This document shows, one piece after another, positions 1-8,096 of a DNA stretch of 64,000 nucleotides (within the stretch, counting starts at the first letter, position 1; the number at the start of each line of letters is the position of its first letter). The DNA lies in the NCBI GenBank assembly GCA_965205955.1, contig OZ242192.1:949188-1013187 (forward strand). The letters are read 5' to 3'. Position numbers and translations under genes: made by a program. Under the pieces are notes generated by a model. That model worked only from the letters and a program-made list of their open reading frames with translations. It did no database searches and had not been told where the DNA came from. This stretch comes from Gammaproteobacteria bacterium (lineage in GTDB: Bacteria > Pseudomonadota > Gammaproteobacteria > Eutrophobiales > Eutrophobiaceae).

Positions 1-537
<537 letters not shown>

Positions 538-613
538 TGCTGTATGAGGGCTTCATTTCCTTCCTGGCATAAGCTGTAGATTTTTTCCATTGAACTGAAG
601 CAGCATTCTGCAC

Positions 614-1267
614 ATGCCAAGCAATCGCTATCCAATTCTTGCCAGAGAGTCCTGGCCTATACTGCTGATTATTCTGATTCTGTTGATTGCCGCCAAAGTG
701 CAATTTGATTTCATCGGCTATACCCTGATCGCCTTTATTTTCATTCCGGTTCTGTTTTTGTTCAGGGACCCGCATCGGCATGTGCCGTCTGAGCCGCTGG
801 GCATAGTCAGTCCGGTGCATGGAGTGGTAACGCTAATCGAGGATGACTCCAAGGATGTGCGCTTGAAACGGACCGCCAAGCGTGTGCAAATCAGGGTGAG
901 GCTTTATGATATTTATTCGATCCGCAGCCCGATTGAGGGCAAGATTAGTGAGCAGTGGAGTTCCGCCCCGGATGCCCTTGAGTCAAAGTGTCACTTTGAT
1001 TTCTGGATAAAAACGGACGAAGGAGATGATATTGTTGTTGCCGTCAGGTTGAGGCGCTTTGTGCATCGATGCCGTATGTATCTGCATTCGGGCGAGCGGG
1101 TCGGCCACGGGCAGCGTTGCGGCTATATTTATTTCGGGGGCATTATCGATGTATTCATTCCCGTCAATTCCCGAATAGAGGTCAAGACCGGAGATACGCT
1201 GCTTTCCGGCTCGACGGTGATCGGACATTTGATCCACCCCGAAGTAGTCAGCGCGATAGAAACCTGA
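614..1267 (+). CDS. Phosphatidylserine decarboxylase-family protein lacking the catalytic residues (probable pseudo-enzyme)
   Basis: N-terminal TM segment, FRDP, IVSPVHG, GQRCGYIYFGG; ilvC-psd-pssA synteny; the FGS self-cleavage motif reads FGG. Confidence 0.8.
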   Translation: MPSNRYPILARESWPILLIILILLIAAKVQFDFIGYTLIAFIFIPVLFLFRDPHRHVPSEPLGIVSPVHGVVTLIEDDSKDVRLKRTAKRVQIRVRLYDIYSIRSPIEGKISEQWSSAPDALESKCHFDFWIKTDEGDDIVVAVRLRRFVHRCRMYLHSGERVGHGQRCGYIYFGGIIDVFIPVNSRIEVKTGDTLLSGSTVIGHLIHPEVVSAIET

Positions 1268-1305
1268 GCTATGGCCGGATTGGCAGCCGCTCAATGAGCC
1301 CGATA

Positions 1306-1325
1306 CGGTTCTTTCCCCCCTGACA
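1306..1325 (+). repeat. Degenerate copy of the CGGTTTTACTCCCCCCTGACA repeat end
   Basis: CGGTTCTTTCCCCCCTGACA, similar to 7231-7251 and 29590-29610. Confidence 0.45.
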
Positions 1326-1360
1326 TTTCCAAAAAATCAGCTCTTGCAACTCATTCCTTT

Positions 1361-1783
1361 TTATAAGGATGACTTCAAGGAGTGAAAAGTCAGAAATTCA
1401 TCTCTATCTCTCAAAATATACAAAGCAATAAGAGCGGAAAGCATCGGGAAGGCCGCATAAAATAAAATGTTGGGAGAATTCCAGGGATCTAAATATCTTT
1501 CCCAGGAACTCAAGGTCGAAACTCCATGCATAATCATCACGGCTGCATAAGTCCATTTTTTATACAAACCAAGTAAAAAACCGGTAACCAGGACAAGCTG
1601 AACCACCCCTACCCCATAAGAAGCCACAGCGCTCAAATTATCAATCATATAAAACGTCTTAAAAACTGCGGCTGTATGATCGGGATTGATAAATTTATCT
1701 ATCGTCCACATAATCATAACAATAAAAACACCTAAGCGAAGAACAAAAAGAGCATACCCTAATTTTTTATCTGAAGAAGTCAT
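1361..1783 (-). CDS. DoxX-like small integral membrane protein
   Basis: 140 aa with about 4 hydrophobic helices, LRLGxxxxMxxWxxDKF pattern; AT-rich; strong RBS (AGGAGG); lies antisense between psd-like and pssA. Confidence 0.7.
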   Translation of the reverse strand: MTSSDKKLGYALFVLRLGVFIVMIMWTIDKFINPDHTAAVFKTFYMIDNLSAVASYGVGVVQLVLVTGFLLGLYKKWTYAAVMIMHGVSTLSSWERYLDPWNSPNILFYAAFPMLSALIALYILRDRDEFLTFHSLKSSL

Positions 1784-1912
1784 ACGTCCTCCTTGTTGAA
1801 ACTATCGAGCCACGAATTTTGAAAAACACAATTTTTCCAATCATACCGATCGGACAATCCGATCTGAAACTCTAATGAATAAAGGCATGAATATCCAAAG
1901 AAGAATAAAAGT

Positions 1913-2656
1913 ATGAAGCGGCGCCGAGGCATTTATTTACTGCCCAATTTGTTTACTACTGCGGCCCTGTTTGCCGGGTTCTATTCGATTGTGTCGGCAA
2001 TGAATGGACACTTCAAGGCGGCAGCCATCTGTATTTTTATCGCCATGGTACTGGACGGCATGGACGGCAGAATCGCCCGCCTGACCAAGACGCAAAGTGA
2101 TTTTGGCATGCAGTACGATAGTTTGTCCGACATGGTATCCTTTGGTCTTGCGCCGGCGCTGATTGTGTATCAATGGTCGCTGTTCAGTCTCGATAAACTG
2201 GGGTGGCTGGCCGCATTCATTTATGCGGCGACGACGGCACTGAGATTGGCGCGATTCAATGCCCAGGCAGGCAGCGCCGATAAAAAATTTTTTCAAGGAC
2301 TTCCCAGTCCGGCGGCGGCCGCTCTAATTGCCGGCATGATTTGGGCGGTGGAAAGTTACAGTTCTTTTTATACAACAACCCCGGCGGCGCTTGCCTTTAT
2401 CATCACCGTGGCAGCGGCCCTGCTAATGGTCAGCAATATCCGTTTTCATAGTTTCAAGGAATTTGATTTACGCGGCAAAGTCCGGTTTGTAACGGTGTTG
2501 AGTATTGTGCTGATCTTTGTCTTTATCGCCCTCGACCCGCCGCTGGTATTATTCATAATGATATTGGGGTACGTGCTGTCAGGCCCGGTGATCACTCTGG
2601 TCACTATACGCAAGCACCGCCTGGCCAGAAACCGCCCCGAAGATACAGAGGGATAA
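1913..2656 (+). CDS. pssA: CDP-diacylglycerol--serine O-phosphatidyltransferase (type II)
   Basis: LPNLFT start; CDP-alcohol phosphotransferase motif DGMDGRIAR...FG.QYDSLSDMVSFG; RLARFN; FQGLPSP. Confidence 0.95.
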   Translation: MKRRRGIYLLPNLFTTAALFAGFYSIVSAMNGHFKAAAICIFIAMVLDGMDGRIARLTKTQSDFGMQYDSLSDMVSFGLAPALIVYQWSLFSLDKLGWLAAFIYAATTALRLARFNAQAGSADKKFFQGLPSPAAAALIAGMIWAVESYSSFYTTTPAALAFIITVAAALLMVSNIRFHSFKEFDLRGKVRFVTVLSIVLIFVFIALDPPLVLFIMILGYVLSGPVITLVTIRKHRLARNRPEDTEG

Positions 2657-2688
2657 CAAGCCGGCAATATGCCTGGTCGCCCAAAACC

Positions 2689-3876
2689 CTACTTGCTGAT
2701 CTGCTCCAACCCCGCTTGCAAATCCCCGATTAAATCGGATACATCTTCCAGGCCGATGGAAAGCCGGATGAGGCCGGGTTCAATGCCCGATTCCGCCCGT
2801 TGCGCATCCGTCAGGCGATGATGCGTGGTAGTCGCCGGGTGTGTGATCGTGCTCCTGGTGTCGCCCAAATTGGCGGTTATCGAAAATAACCGGGTGGCAT
2901 CGATCATTTTCCAGGCCGCCTGCTGTCCTCCCTTGAGCACAAAACTCAGTACTCCGCCAAAGTCTTCTTGCTGCCTTTTGGCCAATTCATGCTGTGCGTG
3001 ACATTTCAGCCCCGGATAATAAATACGCTCAATTTGCGGCTGCGATACCAGCCATTCGGCCACCTGCCGGGCATTCCGGCAATGGGCTTGCATACGTATA
3101 TCCAATGTTTCCAGCCCCTTTAAAAATACCCAGGCATTGAACGGGCTCATGCTGGTACCCGCCATTCGCAGCACCGCATAGACTTCCTCTCTGAGCAATT
3201 CTTCACTGCCTGCGACTGCGCCGCCGACGCAGCGCCCCTGTCCATCCAGGTATTTGGTCGCGGAATGAATTACCAGATCCGCACCCAGTTGCAGCGGTTT
3301 CTGCAGCACCGGAGTGCAAAAACAGTTGTCCACCACCAACAGACAATCCTTGCCGTGGGCAATATCAGCCAGCCTGCTTATATCGGCAATCTCGGTCAGT
3401 GGATTGGAAGGCGTTTCCATGAACAATAATTTCGTTTCCGGTTTGATCGCATCTTGCCAGGCCGAATAATCGGATAGCGGCACATAGTCGGCGCTCACGC
3501 CAAATTTTAAAAATATTTTATCGAACAGTTGGGTCGTGGTACCAAAGATGCTGCGTGAAGAGACAATATGATCACCGCTTTTCAACAGACCCAGGCAGGC
3601 GCTCAGGATAGCGCTCATCCCGGAAGAGGTGGCGATACAGCACTCCCCGTTTTCCATACTTGCCAGACGCTGTTCAAAAGTCCTGACGGTAGGATTGGTA
3701 AAACGCGAATAAATGTTGCCGCGGCTATCCCCGGAAAATCGTGCCGCCGCCTCGGCGGCATCCTTGAATACAAAACTGGAAGTCAGCATTATTGGTTCAC
3801 TATGCTCACCCTCGGCGCTGCGGTTTTGCCCCTCGCGCACTGCACGTGTGTTTGAACCATAGTCATCTTTGGACAT
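2689..3876 (-). CDS. metZ: O-succinylhomoserine sulfhydrylase
   Basis: YSRFTNPT, SSGMSAI, ETPSNP, HSATKYLDGQGR (PLP lysine); start moved to ATG 3876 behind AGGAGAG RBS. Confidence 0.93.
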   Translation of the reverse strand: MSKDDYGSNTRAVREGQNRSAEGEHSEPIMLTSSFVFKDAAEAAARFSGDSRGNIYSRFTNPTVRTFEQRLASMENGECCIATSSGMSAILSACLGLLKSGDHIVSSRSIFGTTTQLFDKIFLKFGVSADYVPLSDYSAWQDAIKPETKLLFMETPSNPLTEIADISRLADIAHGKDCLLVVDNCFCTPVLQKPLQLGADLVIHSATKYLDGQGRCVGGAVAGSEELLREEVYAVLRMAGTSMSPFNAWVFLKGLETLDIRMQAHCRNARQVAEWLVSQPQIERIYYPGLKCHAQHELAKRQQEDFGGVLSFVLKGGQQAAWKMIDATRLFSITANLGDTRSTITHPATTTHHRLTDAQRAESGIEPGLIRLSIGLEDVSDLIGDLQAGLEQISK

Positions 3877-3952
3877 AGTCTCTCTCCTGACAGAATATAC
3901 TCCAGAGACAGCCCGTTTACGCACAAAGTGAATGAAGGTTTTACGCAGACAC

Positions 3953-3987
3953 AAAAAAACCCGCATCAACTTGTGCTAAAGCAGGTT
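3953..3987 (-). terminator. Intrinsic terminator forming the riboswitch expression platform
   Basis: Minus strand AACCTGC-TTTAGC-ACAA-GTTGAT-GCGGG followed by 7 T; the 5' arm overlaps the CTTTAGC antiterminator strand. Confidence 0.75.
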
Positions 3988-3989
3988 GT

Positions 3990-4040
3990 CTCTTTAGCAG
4001 TATTTTTAGGCGCCCGCAAGCTGATTATCAAATCGGCGCA
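3990..4040 (-). ncRNA. SAM-II (SAM_alpha-type) riboswitch aptamer
   Basis: Minus strand GCGCCGATTTGATAATCAGCTTGCGGGCGCCTAAAAATACTGCTAAAGAG: GCGCC/GGCGC stem, GATTT, TTGC, AAAT and GCTAAA elements; upstream of a methionine-biosynthesis gene. Confidence 0.88.
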
Positions 4041-4052
4041 TATACGATACAT

Positions 4053-4081
4053 AATATAGATCAAATCAATATCGATGTCAA
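4053..4081 (-). promoter_or_regulatory. Sigma70 promoter for the SAM-II-metZ leader
   Basis: TTGACA (4081-4076), 17 bp spacer, TATATT (4058-4053); the predicted start falls just before the aptamer. Confidence 0.75.
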
Positions 4082-4134
4082 ATAGATTTACTTGTTATTG
4101 CTTTTATCCAATGCTGTAAAGCCTGAGGTGAGTT

Positions 4135-4521
<387 letters not shown>

Positions 4522-4572
4522 CTATAAAGTGTAAGACACCAACTAAAAATTGGTATGGCGGTAATTAGAGAG

Positions 4573-4587
4573 GCATTTATTGTGCCA
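4573..4587 (-). promoter_or_regulatory. Sigma54 (-24/-12) promoter of glnK
   Basis: Minus strand TGGCAC-AATAA-ATGC (GG-N10-GC), 100 bp upstream of the glnK start. Confidence 0.8.
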
Positions 4588-4663
4588 ACCGCCTGCTATC
4601 GATACCGTATAAGGGGATCCTTTTATCTACAGGGGGGCAGATAACCGGGAAAGGAATGCGATA

Positions 4664-4711
4664 TGCTTCATATTGGTGCAAAATAGGAGAGCGATGCGCC
4701 AAAATGTTCCC
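4664..4711. promoter_or_regulatory. Tandem NtrC-like binding sites
   Basis: TGCTTCATATTGGTGCA (4664-4680) and TGCGCCAAAATGTTCCC (4695-4711) versus consensus TGCACCAnnnTGGTGCA; 31 bp apart, upstream of the sigma54 site. Confidence 0.7.
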
Positions 4712-4764
4712 GGATTGTACGATTCAATCACGCTGTGCCTGAAACACGGATTTTCTGTTCGACA

Positions 4765-5103
4765 TTAGTCGCCGATTTTTTTGTTGATGTGTGGAATTGT
4801 CGAGGGATCATCGGCTTTCATATATCTTGCTTCTTCATCCAGTGCGGTGACATTTTCATATACTCCCTGATCGCGTTTGACCAGTTTGGTGAACCCTGCT
4901 TCCTTTAACCTGGAATTACCGATTGGAGTGCTGATGTACGGGGCGCCGATCAGCTTTTTGACCGGCGCATTAAAACCGGTCTCACCCAAGGCAAGCCGGG
5001 CTACATAACATATTTCGCCCCAGGTCTTCAAAACCACGTCCATGGGGTGGTTTACCTGGACTGTGCGGTCGTTTTCTTCACAAAAATAGTCATAGCTTGG
5101 CAC
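4765..5103 (-). CDS. FmdB-like zinc-ribbon domain protein
   Basis: GTG start after GAGGTG RBS; MPSYDYFC...TWGEIC...APVKKLI pattern of FmdB/CxxC_CxxC_SSSS-related small proteins. Confidence 0.65.
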   Translation of the reverse strand: MPSYDYFCEENDRTVQVNHPMDVVLKTWGEICYVARLALGETGFNAPVKKLIGAPYISTPIGNSRLKEAGFTKLVKRDQGVYENVTALDEEARYMKADDPSTIPHINKKIGD

Positions 5104-5162
5104 GAATCACCTCACCCTCTACCAGGGTCCAATAGATAGCATATACGGTATTTTCACAGGCG

Positions 5163-6092
5163 TCATTCCCATTCAAGCTCGGTAAAGGCGCGGGATACGT
5201 TGGCGCTATGCTGCTCCCGATGCAACAGCCAATTCGACCGATTGTCGGCATCAATTTCCAATGCGGCTTCGTTGAGGAATTTTCCTGCTGCGATGGCTTT
5301 GCGGGTATCCTGCAGCAGTCGCTCCAGATAATCGTGCTGCGGTTCCAGCGCCACGGTGAGCGAATCCGCCACACTGCCATGGCCGGGTATTACGGTTTTC
5401 ACGTTCAGTGTGCGCAATTTTTCCATTGCAGCCATCCAGCCCTTCAAACTGCCCGTCAAGGACGGTATGCGCTCCCTGAAGATCAGATCGCCTGACCAAA
5501 GTGTCCGGGTTTTTTCGTCAAGCACGATCAGGTCGTTATGGCTGTGCGATACCGGAAACGGGATCAATGTTAAAGCGCGATTGCCGAGATCGAGCTGTCT
5601 CGATTTTTCTATCAGCAGACCGGGGGCAATGATTGAATTTTTTTCGGCCCCGGCTCCAAGATTGGATTTGAATTGTGTCAGGAAGAAATCCCGGTTCTGT
5701 TCGATTGCCTCCGCGAGATTATGATGTCCTACGAAGGCAGGGTTTTCTGCGGTGAAGGCCTTATTGCCCAACAGATGATCGAAGTGAATATGAGTATTTA
5801 TAACGAAACAAATGGCTTTGTCGGAAATCGAACGTATTTTGCCGAGCAGTTGACTGCCGATATGTACCGAGCCGCCCGTGTCGATGACGGCAATACATTT
5901 GTCTCCGATTATGAAGCCGATATTGGCAATATCGTCATTGTCTTTATGCTCTATGGAAACATGTTTGCCGTAATGTACGAAAACGCCCGGGGCTGCTTCA
6001 GATAAATTGAAACCGCCGCCATCGGCTGCGCATAGCTCTGTGTTACATAGCAGGGCTAATAACGACAGGATGATCTTATGCAATACATTCAT
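5163..6092 (-). CDS. Exported metallo-beta-lactamase-fold hydrolase (SoxH/quinoprotein-relay zinc metallohydrolase type)
   Basis: Signal peptide, ANIGFIIG, IDTGGS, THIHFDHLLGN (HxHxDH), PGHG, C-terminal ELEWE; ATGA overlap with the upstream gene. Confidence 0.8.
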   Translation of the reverse strand: MNVLHKIILSLLALLCNTELCAADGGGFNLSEAAPGVFVHYGKHVSIEHKDNDDIANIGFIIGDKCIAVIDTGGSVHIGSQLLGKIRSISDKAICFVINTHIHFDHLLGNKAFTAENPAFVGHHNLAEAIEQNRDFFLTQFKSNLGAGAEKNSIIAPGLLIEKSRQLDLGNRALTLIPFPVSHSHNDLIVLDEKTRTLWSGDLIFRERIPSLTGSLKGWMAAMEKLRTLNVKTVIPGHGSVADSLTVALEPQHDYLERLLQDTRKAIAAGKFLNEAALEIDADNRSNWLLHREQHSANVSRAFTELEWE

Positions 6093-7000
6093 AGCTGTTT
6101 TACCTGATAGCCTCTTTTCCGCAACAGCTCCAGCAAACCATCCGGCCCTACCAGATGCCCTGCCCCTACCAGCACCAACTCGGTATCGCCATCTTCCAAC
6201 ATTTGTTCGATTTGTGGGATCCAATCCAGGTTTCGCTGCCGCAGCAGGGAATCGTAGAGCTCCGGCCATTCATTGCGCATCTCTGTTACGATCATATCGG
6301 CCAGGCGGTCTGCATCCCCCTCCCTCCAGGCACTGATCACATCTTCCATTACCTCCTCGATCCTGGCTATGTCTTTCAGCGATAACAGGATGAACTCACT
6401 CTCATTGCCTTCGCCCATTGACGCCAGAAATCCCAACTGTTTCTCTACGGTCTCCAACTGTCCGAGTGACTTGGCATCTTCAATCGCACGGGTATTGAAG
6501 TAGGCGTCTACTCCCTGAGGGGTAAAACCGATGCGCTGAAACTCAAGTACTTGCAGGCTCATAACCACCATGCCAGGCTTGAATTTCTCCATCAGCATCA
6601 GCGGCATGCCGACCTGCTCGGTGTATTCGGAAAGTGCGTTGTATACCTCGGCATTGAGAACGGTCTTCAAAGTGCGTTCATCGGCGTAACTGAGTTGTTG
6701 CAGCATCTGCACCTGCACCGCCGGATCGTTCATGGAATTGATATCGGTTTCAAAGTAGATTTCGGATGAGGCCTGATAGGCCTGTTCATATTCCTCCGGC
6801 AGCGGGTAGTCGCTCAGCCTTAAAAAATGCACCGTGCCACCGAGGTACACCGTGTTTGAATCAGCCTTTACTTCCCAGACTGAGGAATCCGCTCTTGCCA
6901 ACCCGTTGCAAGTGAGGACAGATACAAGCAGTACGCAGTAAAATACCGCTTTAGATGAGCAATACACCGTTATCGCTTTATATTTCATGGCAGTTTCCAA
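6089..7000 (-). CDS. TraB/GumN family exported protein
   Basis: YLGGTVH, GVD, LETVEKQL, RNxxW, VLVGAGHLVGPDG motifs; start may be ATG 6988. Confidence 0.88.
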   Translation of the reverse strand: METAMKYKAITVYCSSKAVFYCVLLVSVLTCNGLARADSSVWEVKADSNTVYLGGTVHFLRLSDYPLPEEYEQAYQASSEIYFETDINSMNDPAVQVQMLQQLSYADERTLKTVLNAEVYNALSEYTEQVGMPLMLMEKFKPGMVVMSLQVLEFQRIGFTPQGVDAYFNTRAIEDAKSLGQLETVEKQLGFLASMGEGNESEFILLSLKDIARIEEVMEDVISAWREGDADRLADMIVTEMRNEWPELYDSLLRQRNLDWIPQIEQMLEDGDTELVLVGAGHLVGPDGLLELLRKRGYQVKQL

Positions 7001-7230
7001 GGGTTACAGAAGGATCCGATGAAGGTAGCAGAACAGGGTTTCAGGTGCAAGGAACCTGTGTTGTAGAGAATGAATATCAGGACTTGCCTACTCTGCGATT
7101 TCAAGCTATGGTTATTATATGAGAAGTATAGTGTTTTACCTGAATGTACTCTGTTCCATCGGTGGTACTTTCCGGTTGTTTTTTCCATTTATTACTTAGA
7201 GAGAACCGCGCTTTATATTATTCAGATATG

Positions 7231-7417
7231 CGGTTTTACTCCCCCCTGACAAGGGGGGTTGGGGGGGTTGGAAGGCTGGCAGTGCGGCCTCACTGGTTTT
7301 AACCCCCCAAACCCCCCTTGACAGGGGGGCGATATGTGATCCCCCTTGTCAGGGGGCGATATGTGCTGTATTGGTCGCCGAAAGGAGGGGGGGAACATTC
7401 CTGTCCCCCCCTCCTTT
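7231..7417. repeat. Compound G/C-run palindromic element (REP/MITE-like)
   Basis: 29-bp inverted arms 7241-7269 and 7301-7329 (2 mismatches), tandem duplicate of about 25 bp at 7313-7338 and 7341-7365, second hairpin AAAGGAGGGGGGGA/TCCCCCCCTCCTTT at 7381-7417. Confidence 0.85.
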
Positions 7418-7496
7418 GACGGGCTGTACTATAAGTAATAATATGATAATTAATCAGAGCTGCCTTAGGTTTATTTCGTCATATAAAGGAGGATAT

Positions 7497-7727
7497 ATGT
7501 TTGAATTCGAGCAAGAAACGGTCGACTCACTACTGTCTGAAAATGATGAATTCAAGAGATTGTATGATAAATATTGTGACCTCAAGCAAAAGATCGAGAA
7601 AGCCAACAAACGCACCACGGACGTGGATAAATTTGCATTGGAAGATATGAAAAAAAAGAGATTGCTTTTGAAAGACAAGATGGCAACCATCATCGAGGAG
7701 TATAGAAAAAACCGGGCGGCTATGTAG
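7497..7727 (+). CDS. YdcH/DUF465 family small protein
   Basis: AAGGAGG RBS; MFE...LL.EN.EFKRLY...L..MKKKRLLLKD coiled-coil pattern. Confidence 0.8.
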   Translation: MFEFEQETVDSLLSENDEFKRLYDKYCDLKQKIEKANKRTTDVDKFALEDMKKKRLLLKDKMATIIEEYRKNRAAM

Positions 7728-7732
7728 CCTTC

Positions 7733-7883
7733 GAGACTGTAAAAAACCCTGTGTAACTGTCTATCATTAACCCCGGTAATGGGCAAGGACAGGCAGCTTG
7801 TGCATAAGAACTGGAAGCGTTTGCCCGCGAAGCGGCAAAATTGATCAAAAGCGACCTCAATGACTTTCGCCAGATGTTGACCA
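7733..7883 (+). mobile_element. IS256-family insertion sequence remnant (left end plus transposase N-terminal fragment)
   Basis: GAGACTGTAAAAAACCCTGTGTAACT resembles IS256-family terminal repeats; 7808-7882 encodes ELEAFAREAAKLIKSDLNDFRQMLT, like IS256 transposase N-termini; no continuation. Confidence 0.7.
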
Positions 7884-8096
7884 GCCCTGTGCTGTTGGGT
7901 ATTCCTGACATTCACGCATAGCCTGTGGCAGGCGTCCCGCCTTATGCAAAAGGCAGCTATCCCGGATATTGCCTGAGCGCCGGGGAAATGCAGAGATGGG
8001 GATGTCGCCGCCGTCGAATCTGGCTTGCAGGACGGGCCACCCAGAGGCATTTCGCTACCCTTCGACTGAGCGGGGCAAGGTAACAGGACAAAATTT

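Noticed and set aside
7920-8075. Short REP-like fragments (GGCAGGCGTCCCGCC, CCCTTCGACTGAGC)
   Set aside because: Single, partial and not repeated in the window
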